Shown: in pieces, positions 22,507 to 33,276 of the stretch
Numbering within the stretch: position 1 is the first letter of the stretch
How the letters are laid out: the number at the start of each line of letters is the position of its first letter
NCBI GenBank assembly: GCA_918797485.1
Contig: CAKKNE010000004.1
Location: 4,402,001-4,466,000 of the forward strand
DNA from: Pelagomonas calceolata
Taxonomy: Eukaryota
Reading direction: 5' to 3'
DNA length: 64,000 nucleotides
The notes under the pieces: model-generated
Told to the model about the DNA's origin: nothing
The model's input: only the letters and a program-made list of their open reading frames with translations
The model's database searches: none
Made by a program: the position numbers and the translations under genes

Positions 22507-24354
22507 TTACGCGTCGAGCAGCGCCGCCGCCGCCGCCGCGACCGCCGACGGCTTCGGCCACGCGCGCGCCTCGAAGTTCGAGTGCGGCAGCGGCACGCTC
22601 GCGTAGTGCAACCCGAGGGCCCCCGCGAGGTGCGCGTATTCCCCGAACTCCGGCTCGGGCAGGCTCAGCTCCAATAGCGCCGCGCCCTCGACGCAGAAGA
22701 GCGCGTTCGCGAGGCCCGCGCCGTGGACGCCCACGACCAGCGCCGCGCTCCCAAACAAATCCACGGTCTCCGGCAGCGTCGTGACCCGCCCGTCGAACAG
22801 CGCAAATTCCAAATTGCGCTGCGCGGCGACGTGCGCGAGCGCCGCGGCGATCGCCTCCTGGTTGCCCAATGCTCTGCTCTCGTCGGCGTGCCGCGACGCC
22901 AATACCACGGTCGTGCGGCCGCGCGCGTGGCGTCCCGCGTCGGGCGGCGGGCCCGCCAAAGCTGCGGCGACGATGGCCTCGCGGGCCTTCCGCAGCATTG
23001 AGGGAGCGGGGAGCAAGGCGGAGGCGGCGCCGGGGTGGTCCTCGTTGCCCCACGTCAACGCAAAAACCTTCTGGGACACGCGCACGACGGTGCCGTGCTC
23101 GCGCTTGTGCAGCACGCCGAAGGCCGAGAAGGCCGCGCGGCCGAGCAACCTTAAAGTTGCCTCGACGTGCGGCCCGCCCGCCGGCAATAACACGGGCACG
23201 CGCGGCGCGTTGTTGGATCGCGTCTTTTCCAAGTGCTCGCCTAGGATCAGCAAGCGCGGCACGGTCTCACAGAGCCAGTGATAGTAACTCGCGCCCGAAA
23301 ACCCGTCGACGACGGCCGCCTCCTCCAACTCCAATTCTCGAGGTCTAGAATGATCAATAGGATTGCGCGGGTCGAACTGCCGCCACAAGGCCGGGTAGCA
23401 GCTCCTTGAATAAATCGTGCAACTTCGGTCCGGGGCGTAGTACTCCGGCCTTATGATCGGCGGCGGGATCGACTTGCGGTCGTCCGCGAGGGGAGATAAC
23501 GGCAGGTCGTGGATTACACTGTCGAGGCCCTGGATGACAATTTTCGAATGATTGTCGGGCGGCCGGATCTCGCCGACGGACGCGCCGTCGTAGTTTGTTA
23601 TCTCAACATTCGGCCGCCGGCTCCATTTTCTTTCGACCCGAACGTGGAGACATCCTAAAGCGGCGGCCACGCCATATCTCCCCGCGGAGCCCTGCTTGAG
23701 CCATCTTATGGTCGCCCGCTCGGCAGCACACGCTCTAGCTGCCCCAGCCTTCGCCGCATCTTCCACCTTCACATTTGACGCCATCAAGCCCGGATAGAGC
23801 TTGTATAATAAAGCCAAGGAGTAGTGCGCGCCGTGGTGGTCCTCGTCGTCGGCGGCCTGCCTCAACAACGAACCGGCACTCCCCAAGACATCGCCGTACT
23901 GCTGCCGTAACGGAGAAGGTGCCGAAATCGCCGCCGTGGCCGACCAGTTCGAGGCCCGCATGTGCGCCTCGACCGCACGGATCATCAAATTGGCGACCGT
24001 CGTCGCCGCGCCCGCGTCGCTCGGCTCGCCCGACAATCGTTCGAGCGTGAATTCGGCGACGCGCTTCGACTCGTCGTCCCAGTTCCGCGCGCACCAGGCC
24101 ACGGCCCGGTCGAAGGCGGACTTGTCGTGTGGCGTGGCCGGGACGAGCTTCATCAGTTCACTATCGCGCCTCCGCGCTCGCGCCGTGGCGTTGAGGTTCG
24201 ATGACGCTTCGGCCCACTCCTCGACGATGGCCGGGTGCTTGAGCAGGTGCGCGGCTCCTGCTGCTATTGCTGCGATGAGCAGCGCGACGAGGACGGTGCG
24301 CGGGCTGAGGGCGCCCTCGTCCTCGTCTTTTTTCGTTTTGCGCTTGCGGGCCAT
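22507..24354 (-). CDS. Glycosyltransferase family 61 (DUF563), type II membrane
   Basis: N-terminal TM; YYHWLCE.VPRL, SR....RAL.NQE and LFGSAALVVGVHGAGLANALF motifs. Confidence 0.85.
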   Translation of the reverse strand: MARKRKTKKDEDEGALSPRTVLVALLIAAIAAGAAHLLKHPAIVEEWAEASSNLNATARARRRDSELMKLVPATPHDKSAFDRAVAWCARNWDDESKRVAEFTLERLSGEPSDAGAATTVANLMIRAVEAHMRASNWSATAAISAPSPLRQQYGDVLGSAGSLLRQAADDEDHHGAHYSLALLYKLYPGLMASNVKVEDAAKAGAARACAAERATIRWLKQGSAGRYGVAAALGCLHVRVERKWSRRPNVEITNYDGASVGEIRPPDNHSKIVIQGLDSVIHDLPLSPLADDRKSIPPPIIRPEYYAPDRSCTIYSRSCYPALWRQFDPRNPIDHSRPRELELEEAAVVDGFSGASYYHWLCETVPRLLILGEHLEKTRSNNAPRVPVLLPAGGPHVEATLRLLGRAAFSAFGVLHKREHGTVVRVSQKVFALTWGNEDHPGAASALLPAPSMLRKAREAIVAAALAGPPPDAGRHARGRTTVVLASRHADESRALGNQEAIAAALAHVAAQRNLEFALFDGRVTTLPETVDLFGSAALVVGVHGAGLANALFCVEGAALLELSLPEPEFGEYAHLAGALGLHYASVPLPHSNFEARAWPKPSAVAAAAAALLDA

Positions 24355-24691
24355 CGTCTTTTTTGTGGGCAGCCCTGCGGGTGCGCGGCGACGCCGTCCT
24401 TTTCGATGGGCTGCCTTACCAAGGTACCTTACCCTCCATGGGGGGGGTCACTAGGGTGTAAGTGGGTATCTCTTTGACTGCATCGCAGCAGCCCATAGAG
24501 ATGCGATGCACCCGTAGGCATGCATTCTGAGTAGCATAAAACATTCGCACTACTGCGCCTGCGACGACTTTGACAGCTGGCGCACCGGTGAATCATTATA
24601 CAGCAGCCACACCTTTGGCAGCCTCGTGGCAGGGTACGGCGGTCGCGGTGTGGTCCCTGTGACGAAGCAAGCCTCGGCGACACCGCCACGG

Positions 24692-26065
24692 ATGACGACG
24701 CAAGCCGTCGCCGACGAGGCCATCAGTTGCCTCGTCCACTACCGCGGCGACGCGCAAGCCTACGACCTCTCGCTGCGCATCACGGTCCGGCCGAGCTGGT
24801 TCGCCCGGACGACGCGCGCGGCGCTCCTCGGCCCGTTCTGCGACGCCTACAACCGGAAGGTGAAAGGCGGCCCGGCGCTGGACCCCTTCGCCGCGCGCAT
24901 GGTGATGGTAGACGGTTCTATCGTCGGCGGTGGCGAGGGCGTCGGCGCCGTCGTGCAAGCGGTCCAGGAGCTCTTCGTCGTGGGCCGCGACTACTGCTTC
25001 CACCGCACCTGGCGCGACCGCGACCTCGCGATTTGTGGGCGACCGTCGTCGGAGCTCGCCCTGCGGACGCCGGCGGGCCTCCTGGTCTACGCCTCCGATA
25101 GGTATAGGGAGCCGCCGGCCGCGGCGAACGCGGCGTTGCTGCCACTCGGAGAGCGCGCGCACGACCTCCTCGCGGACCCGGACGCGAGCTTCGTCCAGGT
25201 CCGCGCCGCGGCGTCGCGGTGGCTGAACTGCGGCCCGTCTGAGGCGGACGCGCTCGCCTGCGTCGACGGCAAAAAAAGGACGCTGCTCCACGCCGCGGCG
25301 ACGCGCGGCGACGCGCGGCTCTGCGCCGACCTCGCGAAGCTCCACGGCGGCGTTTTAGTAAGGGCGCTCGACGACAACCACGAGACGCCCATTCATGCGG
25401 CATCTCTGTGCGGCCGCGCGCTGGTCCTACGGGAGCTCTGCCGCTTCGCGACGCCCGAACTAGTAAACGAGCGCAACAAAAACCTCCTGTCGCCCCTCCA
25501 ATTGTGCTGCGGCGACGACGCCGCGGGCTCGCCGGCGGCGGCGCGCGTTTTGGTAGAGCGCGGCGCCGACGTCGACGCGGTCTGCTGGGACAAGACGCCG
25601 CTCATGCTCGCGTGCTTGAACCAGCACGCGGAGCTCGTCGAGGAGCTCATAAACCTCGGCGCGGACCCGATGCTCCGCGACGGCGACCTGCGCATGGCGG
25701 TGGATCATTGCAAGCACCCGGCGACGGCGGAGTTCCTCTGGGGCCTCATGGAGGGCAAGTTCCTCTCCCAGAGTGCCGCGCCGGCCTTCGTGCGGCCGGA
25801 GCCCGCGGCGCCGCGCGCCTTCGCGTGGCGGCGCGAGTCGCTGGCGGACGCGCTCGCGATTCTGGGCTGCGCGGGCGACTTCGACGCCGCGGCCGCGCGC
25901 CAGGCGTGGCGCCGCCTCGTGCTCGAATATCATCCGGACAAGCGGCCGCATGATTTCGACGCGTGGGCGCCGGAGAAACGGCGCGAGTGGACGGGCCGCT
26001 TCCACGCGGTCCAGCGGGCCTACGAGGCCGTCGAGGCGCACGTCGCGGCGCTCGAGGGCCGCTAA
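24692..26065 (+). CDS. Ankyrin-repeat protein with C-terminal DnaJ (J) domain
   Basis: Ankyrin repeats (TLLHAAA, TPIHAAS, SPLQLCC, TPLMLAC); J domain WRRLVLEYHPDK...FHAVQRAYEA. Confidence 0.85.
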   Translation: MTTQAVADEAISCLVHYRGDAQAYDLSLRITVRPSWFARTTRAALLGPFCDAYNRKVKGGPALDPFAARMVMVDGSIVGGGEGVGAVVQAVQELFVVGRDYCFHRTWRDRDLAICGRPSSELALRTPAGLLVYASDRYREPPAAANAALLPLGERAHDLLADPDASFVQVRAAASRWLNCGPSEADALACVDGKKRTLLHAAATRGDARLCADLAKLHGGVLVRALDDNHETPIHAASLCGRALVLRELCRFATPELVNERNKNLLSPLQLCCGDDAAGSPAAARVLVERGADVDAVCWDKTPLMLACLNQHAELVEELINLGADPMLRDGDLRMAVDHCKHPATAEFLWGLMEGKFLSQSAAPAFVRPEPAAPRAFAWRRESLADALAILGCAGDFDAAAARQAWRRLVLEYHPDKRPHDFDAWAPEKRREWTGRFHAVQRAYEAVEAHVAALEGR

Positions 26066-26141
26066 TGTTGGTTGTCTGTTTACTTCTTGCTTCGCGAGGC
26101 CTCTTATGGGTGGGCTGAGGCTCTCGAGAGCTCTCGAGCGA

Positions 26142-26165
26142 CCTAGCGGTCTGTAAGACACTAGC
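26142..26165 (-). promoter_or_regulatory. 24-bp intergenic CTAG-bipartite motif copy
   Basis: Reverse complement reads gctagtgtcttacagaccgctagg. Confidence 0.6.
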
Positions 26166-26267
26166 AAAAAGCCAGCTTAGCCAAATCGGCTGGGTCGCAG
26201 AGGTGGCCATCGATTGCGCCCGTATTCGTGCACGAGGGATCTATATTTGTCTTGAGCAACGCTCACG

Positions 26268-26915
26268 ATGGTCTGGTTGCGGTGGCTCCAGCTTTTGGTG
26301 TGTTGCTCTCCGGTTAGGGTGCTCTCCCTGCTGCCGCGTGCGGCGCCGCGCGTCGCAGCAGCTGGGCGACCAGGGGCGATGCGCACGCTCGCAGCGGATG
26401 GGCGCCCAGCGGCGCTGCGCACGCCCTCGCGACGCTACGCGGCCGACGACGACGAGAAAATCATCAACATAGAGGATCTGCCGGAGCTCGGTGCGTGCGG
26501 TGAGAAGAAACACAAAGACCCCGCCAGCAAAGAGGGCGAAGCGCCGCTCACGGATCGGTTCCTCATGGCGGCGCGAGCGCTGCGCGGGGAGTTCGACCCG
26601 GAGGCGACCGACGACGACACGGAAGAGAACTCGCAGCTGCTCGGCGCGATCATCGAGAATTATCCGGCTCCCTTTTCCTTCACGGCCGTCGGGCGGAGCG
26701 GCGGCGACGACGAGGGCGTGCGATCGCTCGTCGACGCGCTGACCAAGGTCGTGAGCGACTCCTGCGACGGTGCTTTCGTGGACGTCGTCGCGACGCCGCG
26801 GATCGGCGGCAAGTTCGCGTCCGTGCGGCTCACGACCGACGTCCAGTCGCCGGAGATGATCCAGCGCGTCTTCGCGGAGCTGCGCGCCGTCGAGGCCGTG
26901 AAGATGGCGTTTTAA
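26268..26915 (+). CDS. DUF493/YbeD-like protein, probably plastid-targeted
   Basis: Signal-like N-terminus; C-terminal YPAPFSFTAVG...GGKFASVRLT..VQSPEMIQRVFAEL. Confidence 0.7.
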   Translation: MVWLRWLQLLVCCSPVRVLSLLPRAAPRVAAAGRPGAMRTLAADGRPAALRTPSRRYAADDDEKIINIEDLPELGACGEKKHKDPASKEGEAPLTDRFLMAARALRGEFDPEATDDDTEENSQLLGAIIENYPAPFSFTAVGRSGGDDEGVRSLVDALTKVVSDSCDGAFVDVVATPRIGGKFASVRLTTDVQSPEMIQRVFAELRAVEAVKMAF

Positions 26916-26987
26916 TAATACTGTTGTTCAAAAATGAATTCTTAGAGAATCATGATGGGAGCGGAGGGAGGGAGAGTTCGAAAGAGC

Positions 26988-29613
26988 TCAGCCGCAGTTC
27001 ATGGCGGCCTTATCGATGAAGGCAGCCATGTCAGCCTTGAGGAGGGGGTCGATGAGGACATGGAGGAGGAAAAGTCCCGAGGACGACGCGACGGCTGCAT
27101 CAATCGCTGCCGGTAGTTCGCCTGCCTTCTCGACGCGGATACCGTCGCCGCCGTAGGCCTTGGCGAGCGCGACGCAGTCGGGACCGTCGATTTCGCAGCC
27201 GGCCGCGCCCTGGAAACCGAAGATGACGCGGCCTGTGTGGAAATCAACCAGTGAGTGAGTTAGGTTCGCGTCGATGGCGTGGGGCGCCCGATATTTGATT
27301 TCCACACAGGACGCGACCGAGGAGCGCGTTGTCGAAGACGATGACGAGGAGCCGCTGCCCGGGCCGGCAGTGCTGCTTGAAGGTCGCGAGCTCCTGCAGC
27401 GTCATCTGGAAGCCGCCGTCGCCCACGACGACGACCGCCCGCTGCGGCGCGGGCAGCGTCTGGAGGGCGGCGATGCCCGCGCAGAGACCGTACCCCATCG
27501 TCCCGAGCCGCTCGGACGAGAGCGTGCGGCCGAAGTGCGGGTAGCAGAGCGAGGCCCACAGGGTTATATCTCCGGTATCGATACAAAGCACGGGCCGCGG
27601 GTGCTCGTCGCTTAATGCCTTTGCGAGGGATTCGAGCGCCGTCGCCGGATGCGGGCGCCCCGTCGCGGCCATCTGCATGTGCACCGACATCACTTTCTTC
27701 CCCAACTTGGGCGTGACCAGCGGCGCGTCCGGGTCGACGGGCTTCTGCTGCACCGGCGCCATCAGGTCGACGGTGTAGCGCGGCTTGGACCGCCGCCCCG
27801 CCTTCACAAGCTTGGGGATCTCGTCCCAGAGCCGGTTCGCGAGTTCGAGGGTGCGTTCACTCACTTGCCGCGTGGTGTGATCCACGCCGATCGCCTTCTC
27901 CGACGACGTCGACTGCCTTCGGAGGAGCTGGGGGCGCTTCGTCGTCTCGAGGATGTCGGCGAGCGCCTCGGCGGCAGTGGCAAGGTCGCCGATGACGGTC
28001 TCGACGGCGCGGAAGCGGCCCTTCACGTCCAGCGCCGTCTCCGCGAACTCGACCATCTTGTGGATCTGGAACCCAGCGTTGTTGCAGAGGAGGAGCGAAT
28101 GGTCCTCGACGCCGAACGCCAGGACCAGCTCCGCCGTCGAGACGAGGGCTGCCGCATGCTCGAGGCCCGGCTTCCCGTGCACGCCGACAACGCCGAACGC
28201 GAGGGGGTCATGCTCATCAACTAAGCCCTTCGCGTCCAGGCGGTAGAGGATCGGGGCGCAGGCCTGTCGGGCCAGCCGCGCGAAGCTCGATCCGCAGCAG
28301 AGCGCCGCCTTCGCGCCCAGCGCGATGACGATGCGCGGCGATGCCCGAACCAAAGTCGCGACATTGGCGACGGCCTCGGCATCCGGGCCCCAGCGCCGCA
28401 TCACTCGCTCCTGGGCCGCGGCGGCACAGAAGCGCTTGAACGGCAGGGGCGCCGGGGCGGCCTGGACGTCGACGGGGATCGCGAGGTGGACGCACGTGCG
28501 CTGCGTCACGGCCGTCGAGACAGCGTCGCGCAGCAGCGGAATCAACGATTCCGGTGAGGCCACGTCCACCGAGAAGCTGACGCCGCCGCCCGCGAAGAGC
28601 CGGCTCTGGTCGACGTCCTGAAATTCCGCGAAGTGCAGCGACTGGCGCGGCTTGAGGCCCGTCAGACAGACGACGGGCAGGCGGTCCTGGCACGCCTCTA
28701 CCAGCCCCGTCGTCAGATTCGTGGCCCCGGGCCCCGACGTCGCGATGCAGCAGGCCAGTCGGCCCGTCAGCTTCGCCTCGGCAGCAGCCATGAGCGACGC
28801 GTTCGCCTCGTTGCGGACGCAGATCCAGTTCAGGCGCGGGTTCGCGCAGACCGCGTTCACGAGCGGCACGAGCGCGCCGCCGTGCCCGCCGTACACGTTC
28901 GTGCAGCCGGCGTCGGCGAGGGCGTTCATGATCCAGTCGCTGCAGTCGCGCCGGAACGCCTCGACGGGCGCGAATTCTCGTACGCCTTCCACCATAAATG
29001 GAGGCGGCTTGGAGACGCGCGCGTGGCAGCCGCCCCAGAGCACGAGGAGCTCGCAGCCCTCGTCCGTGTAGGACCGGTGGACGGAGCCGATCTCGTTGGC
29101 GAACGCGGAGCCCGCGCGATGCGTCCGCGTCTCGAAGTCGTCCTTCGTCGTCTGCGAGAGGTCCGCGTCGAGCACCGCGGCGCAGCCCTCGAGGAAGCGG
29201 TCGTTCTCCGGCTCCTCCGTCCGCTTGAGGCGGTCCTCGGACAGCGCGCCGCTGATCACGTAGACGACCTCGACGTTCGGGTGGCAGTGGAGCTCGATGT
29301 TAGTACCCTTGGCGACGGCCATATGCGCCCAGCTCAGCAGCCGGCCGTTCGAGCGCCACGTCCGCCTTACTTCGTCGAGCTCCGTCGGCGGCAGCGTCGC
29401 TTCGGCGGCCTTGATGCATTCACTCTTGACGTGCGCCGCGTCGAGGACCGCGACGGGGTTGCGGCGCGGCAGCTCGTTGCATGCCGCGACGGCGCCGTCG
29501 AGCTCGGGCAGGCCCTCGCAGTCGGCGGGCCGCGTCGAGTTGGGCAGGCGCGCCTTGGGCGGCACGAAGGCCGGGACGTGGGCGAGGTGCGTGAGGACCA
29601 CCGGCTTAGCCAT
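26988..29613 (-). CDS. Cupin domain fused to a thiamine-pyrophosphate enzyme (pyruvate oxidase/acetolactate synthase superfamily)
   Basis: Cupin LHCHPNVEVVYVISG...HRSY; TPP enzyme motifs RNEANASLMA, SGPGATNL, GTMGYGL and GDGGFQM...FDN; introner intron 27233-27317. Confidence 0.85.
27225..27317 (-). mobile_element. Introner element IE7 (85-nt GT-AG intron 27233-27317)
   Basis: Perfect 15-bp TIRs; TSD in host sense gtcgcgtc / gccgcgtc. Confidence 0.93.
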
Positions 29614-29982
29614 CTTGGTGCTGCCCTTGCAAGCGGTGCACGATCTTGGGCGGTGCTTGGGCAGCCCTGACCGTCTGCCAGCTGCACTGCGTGTACGGCT
29701 TCCGCGGCGTCGACGCGAGCCGCTTCCGCGTGCCTGCCAAGTTATTAAGCTGCCAAGCTCGGGAGCGCTCGAGCGCTCGAGCAGAAATCCTCTGCGTGCG
29801 GGCTTTCGGAGGTCGGGCGAGCTGTCCGTGCCCAGGGCCCGGGCCAGCACTCCCTCGGGCGGACCGGGACCGGTCCCGCCGGAAGTGAATTCGAGCAAAG
29901 TCCATCTCCACTCATCGATGCCGCCATCGACTGCAGAGGGGCAGCCAAGCGCCCCATAATAAGGCGCGCAACCGCTGCGAAA

Positions 29983-30993
29983 ATGCGCGTTCGAACAGTG
30001 CTACCACTCCTGCACGCCATCGCCGCGTACGCAAAGCCAAAAACAGCAGACAGCTACGCCAATATAACTGGGGTGCCGCTCTGGGGCCAGCAGCACTACG
30101 TGAACGGCTACCGCTGCGCCGACGGCACAATCATTCCACGCGCGCGCGTCAACGACGACGCCTGCGACTGTGTCAGTGGAGGCGACGAGCCCGGCACCTC
30201 CGCGTGCGCCGGTCGTCAGCAATTCTTCTGGTGCGCGGCAGATCGGCGCTTCATTCCGAGCAGCAGAGTTGGAGACGGTGTTGTTGACTGCTGCGACGGC
30301 GCCGACGAGGCCATGCGGACGGCGCCGCCGACGGGCCCGCGGCTCATGCCGCGCTGCCCGTCGTCGCACGACGAGGTCGCCACCTTTCAAAAGGGCGCGG
30401 CGCGGCGGCGCGAGCGCTTCGGCGGGCGGACGATTAGTGACGCTTTGAGTGGCCAGTGCGTCGAGAAGACCCTGGTGCCCTTCACCTACGTCCTATGCTT
30501 CGGGAGCCGTGCGGAGCAGAGGGAGGGCGGCGAGCGGCGGTCGCTCGGCGACGCCCGGGCCTTCGACGCGGTCTCGCGGACGTGGCGCCACGAGGGCGGC
30601 GACGCCTGCCCGGGGGACGTGGCTCGGACGGCCACCGTGGAAATTGAGTGTAGTGCGGGGCTGTGTGGAAATCAGACTTCGGGCGCCCCACGCCATCGAC
30701 GCGAACCTAGCTCACTGGTTGATCTCCACACAGGCGCCGGGCCAGCGGATTACGAGATCCTGTCCGTCGACGAGGTCTCCATGTGCGTGTACCACATACG
30801 CGTCGCGTCGCCGGCGGGCTGCGACGAGATGCGGCGCGAGGAGCTCGGCCCGCGCCTCGACGCCGTCGAGGACGACGGATCGCCCCGAGTGGTCAACGGC
30901 TGGCTGCTCACGCGGGGCGAGCGCGGCGAGGGCATGTGGTACCACGTCGGGACGGCGGCGACGCAGCTCTTCGCGCCGGAGGGGTGGTTTTGA
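29983..30993 (+). CDS. Glucosidase II beta subunit-like (PRKCSH-like; LDLa-type Cys region + MRH domain)
   Basis: Signal peptide; RVNDDACDCVSGGDEPGTSAC, SRVGDGVVDCCDGADE and MRH FTYVLC...GGDACPG..RTATVEIEC...VDEVSMCVY; in-frame introner intron 30653-30733. Confidence 0.85.
   Translation: MRVRTVLPLLHAIAAYAKPKTADSYANITGVPLWGQQHYVNGYRCADGTIIPRARVNDDACDCVSGGDEPGTSACAGRQQFFWCAADRRFIPSSRVGDGVVDCCDGADEAMRTAPPTGPRLMPRCPSSHDEVATFQKGAARRRERFGGRTISDALSGQCVEKTLVPFTYVLCFGSRAEQREGGERRSLGDARAFDAVSRTWRHEGGDACPGDVARTATVEIECSAGLCGNQTSGAPRHRREPSSLVDLHTGAGPADYEILSVDEVSMCVYHIRVASPAGCDEMRREELGPRLDAVEDDGSPRVVNGWLLTRGERGEGMWYHVGTAATQLFAPEGWF
30653..30741 (+). mobile_element. Introner element IE8 (81-nt GT-AG intron 30653-30733, in frame and stop-free)
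   Basis: TIRs ctgtgtggaaatca / tgatctccacacag; TSD gtgcgggg / gcgccggg. Confidence 0.9.
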
Positions 30994-31067
30994 CTAATAG
31001 TGTGTTTTTCTAGTACGAGTCTAAAGGGCAACGGTACTTTATAACATGACGCGGCCGCCCGCGGCGC

Positions 31068-31733
31068 CTACGCCTCGACGGGCTCCTGCGTCGTCTTGGA
31101 GAGCTCGACGCACTTGCCGCCGGCGCCCTCGATGGCCGCGCGCGCCGAGCCCGTGAAGGCGTGCGCCTTGACCGTGAGGCCGGCCGGCACGGAGACGTCG
31201 CCCGCCGAGCCGACGACCTTGACGACGTCGTACTTCTTCTTGGTCACCTGGCCCGCCTCGAGCAGGCTCGCGAAGTCGACCTCGGAGTTGGGGGAAGACC
31301 CAGCCAGCTGCTCGAGCTTGATCAGCGAGAAGACCTCGTTCTGGTGGCCCGGGCCCGTCGGGCGGCCCACGAGCTTGGGCAGCCGCCGGTAGAGCGGCGT
31401 CTGGCCGCCCTCGAAGCCCGCGCGCATGGGCCGGCCCGAGCGGGACTTCTGGCCGCGCATGCCGAAGCCGCACGTCGCGCCCTGGCCGGCGGAGATGCCG
31501 CGGCCCTTGCGCATTTTTCTCTTGGTCGCGCCCGGCGCGGGCTTGATATTGTCCACTCTAAACTCCGTCGCGCCGACGCTGGCGTCCTCGGCGGCCTCTC
31601 GCCTCTTCCAGTCATACAGCTTCATCTGCATCGCGGTCTGTGCCGGCGCGCGGACGACCGCCGGCGCGGGGCCGCTCTTGCTGACGAAGGCGGTGGCCAG
31701 GCCGGCCGTCGCTAACAGCGCTAGCCGCGCCAT
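31068..31733 (-). CDS. rpl15: Plastid 50S ribosomal protein L15 (uL15c), nucleus-encoded
   Basis: Bipartite presequence (ATA-FVS); RKGRGISAGQGATCGFGMRGQKSRSG...GFEGGQTPLYRRLPK. Confidence 0.95.
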   Translation of the reverse strand: MARLALLATAGLATAFVSKSGPAPAVVRAPAQTAMQMKLYDWKRREAAEDASVGATEFRVDNIKPAPGATKRKMRKGRGISAGQGATCGFGMRGQKSRSGRPMRAGFEGGQTPLYRRLPKLVGRPTGPGHQNEVFSLIKLEQLAGSSPNSEVDFASLLEAGQVTKKKYDVVKVVGSAGDVSVPAGLTVKAHAFTGSARAAIEGAGGKCVELSKTTQEPVEA

Positions 31734-32003
31734 TTTGGAGTAACGCGCACTGCAATCGCCGCTGTCTGCGTCTGCTCTTTGAGGTTTGAGGTTGGTCCGC
31801 GGCCGTTTTGAGCCGTCCCGAGTCCTGTGAGACGGCTCCTGGACGTCTCTAAGCTCAAAAACAAGTAACTTGGGGCTGTAACGCGCGGGTTTCGCCCAAA
31901 AATCGATTTACATCGATTACGGCCGCTACGCGCTTGTACGACGCCAGGAGCACGCGTGTGATTGATTCTTAACCACATCTTGCAATCCTGAAGCTATGCG
32001 ATC

Positions 32004-33185
32004 ATGGGAGCAGCCGTAAAGGACACAATCAGCATGCCGCCCCATCAAAAGCTGGACAGCTATGCCGGCATGGCCGCGCAGCGGTCCACAACAACGCAAA
32101 AGGACATGGGCCGAGGAGCAACGGCGGGATGGGTCAAGTGCCCGCTCTGCCCGCCGCGGCGCATGAAGCGCTACGCGCGCGGCCGCGGCCTCACGGCGCA
32201 CCTCGAGGCCGTGCACGGAAGCGCATCGCTCCAAGAGAAGACGAGCGCCATCGCCCGGGCGGAGACGGCCCCGCGCACGTCGGATAGAAGAGGGGACGGG
32301 TTTGTTGCCACGACCGAGCCGCCGCTGGCCTGCCGCTTGGCGCGGGACGGCGACGCCGTGGCATTGATCGAACTTCTCGAAGCGACGAAGGGCCCCCTGG
32401 ACCCGCGCCACCGCGACGCGCACGGTTACCGGCCGCACCACTGGGCGGCCGGGTCGAAACATGGTTGTTTGGAGGCGCTGCTGGACCTGATGCCGGCGCG
32501 GCGCGTCGACGCAATCACGAGAGGCGAGCGCATCGACCGGAAGCGCGGCGGCCGGACGGTGCTGCACTGGGCCTGCCGCAACGGCGTTCATCAAAACGTT
32601 GCGCTGCTACTGAGAGAGGACCCCGCGTCAACGGAGCTCCCGACGGCCGACGGCACGACGCCTCTCATGCTCGCTCTGTATGCCGCGTCCATCGAGTCGT
32701 GCGACCTCCTCTACCAAGCGGGCGCGCGGATCCAGAAGCACCGGAACGCGTGGGGCTGCCGCGACGCGCACTGGGCGGCCATGGGCGCCGACGCCGGCGT
32801 GGCGCTGGCCTGGCTGCGGCGTTATGTGTCGAAGCGGGCGTGGCGCGATGCCGTGACGGAGCCGCAAGCCCAAGGCCACACGGTGTTTCACAAGGCCGCG
32901 CAGCGCGGGCGGCGCGAGGCGATTTCACGTCTATTGATGGAGTTCGAGGACGACGCGGACGCGTTGATGGCTGCTCTATCAGAGGACGACGCGGGGCGGA
33001 CTCCCTCAGAAATCGCGGCGGCCGCGGGGCACGACGCGACGGCGGCGCTCCTGGCGCGGGCCGAGGCGGCAGTTGTGGTCGCGCGGCGTGAGGGTGCGGA
33101 GCGGCGGGCGCTGCGGCGGCGCAAGGCCGCGATCGCGTGCGTTGTGGTCGGTCTCGCGGCGCTGCGGCGTTTTCGCAGCGGTTGA
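32004..33185 (+). CDS. C2H2 zinc finger + ankyrin-repeat protein with C-terminal hydrophobic tail
   Basis: CPLC...LTAHLEAVH; ankyrin repeats PHHWAA, TVLHWAC, TPLMLA and TVFHKAA. Confidence 0.75.
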   Translation: MGAAVKDTISMPPHQKLDSYAGMAAQRSTTTQKDMGRGATAGWVKCPLCPPRRMKRYARGRGLTAHLEAVHGSASLQEKTSAIARAETAPRTSDRRGDGFVATTEPPLACRLARDGDAVALIELLEATKGPLDPRHRDAHGYRPHHWAAGSKHGCLEALLDLMPARRVDAITRGERIDRKRGGRTVLHWACRNGVHQNVALLLREDPASTELPTADGTTPLMLALYAASIESCDLLYQAGARIQKHRNAWGCRDAHWAAMGADAGVALAWLRRYVSKRAWRDAVTEPQAQGHTVFHKAAQRGRREAISRLLMEFEDDADALMAALSEDDAGRTPSEIAAAAGHDATAALLARAEAAVVVARREGAERRALRRRKAAIACVVVGLAALRRFRSG

Positions 33186-33276
33186 TTTTTTTGTGTAATT
33201 TGTGTGTCAAGTATCTATTTCGCGTCGATGGCGTTTGATAGAAACCGCTCGCGTAAAACAAAAGCAACTTACAACA

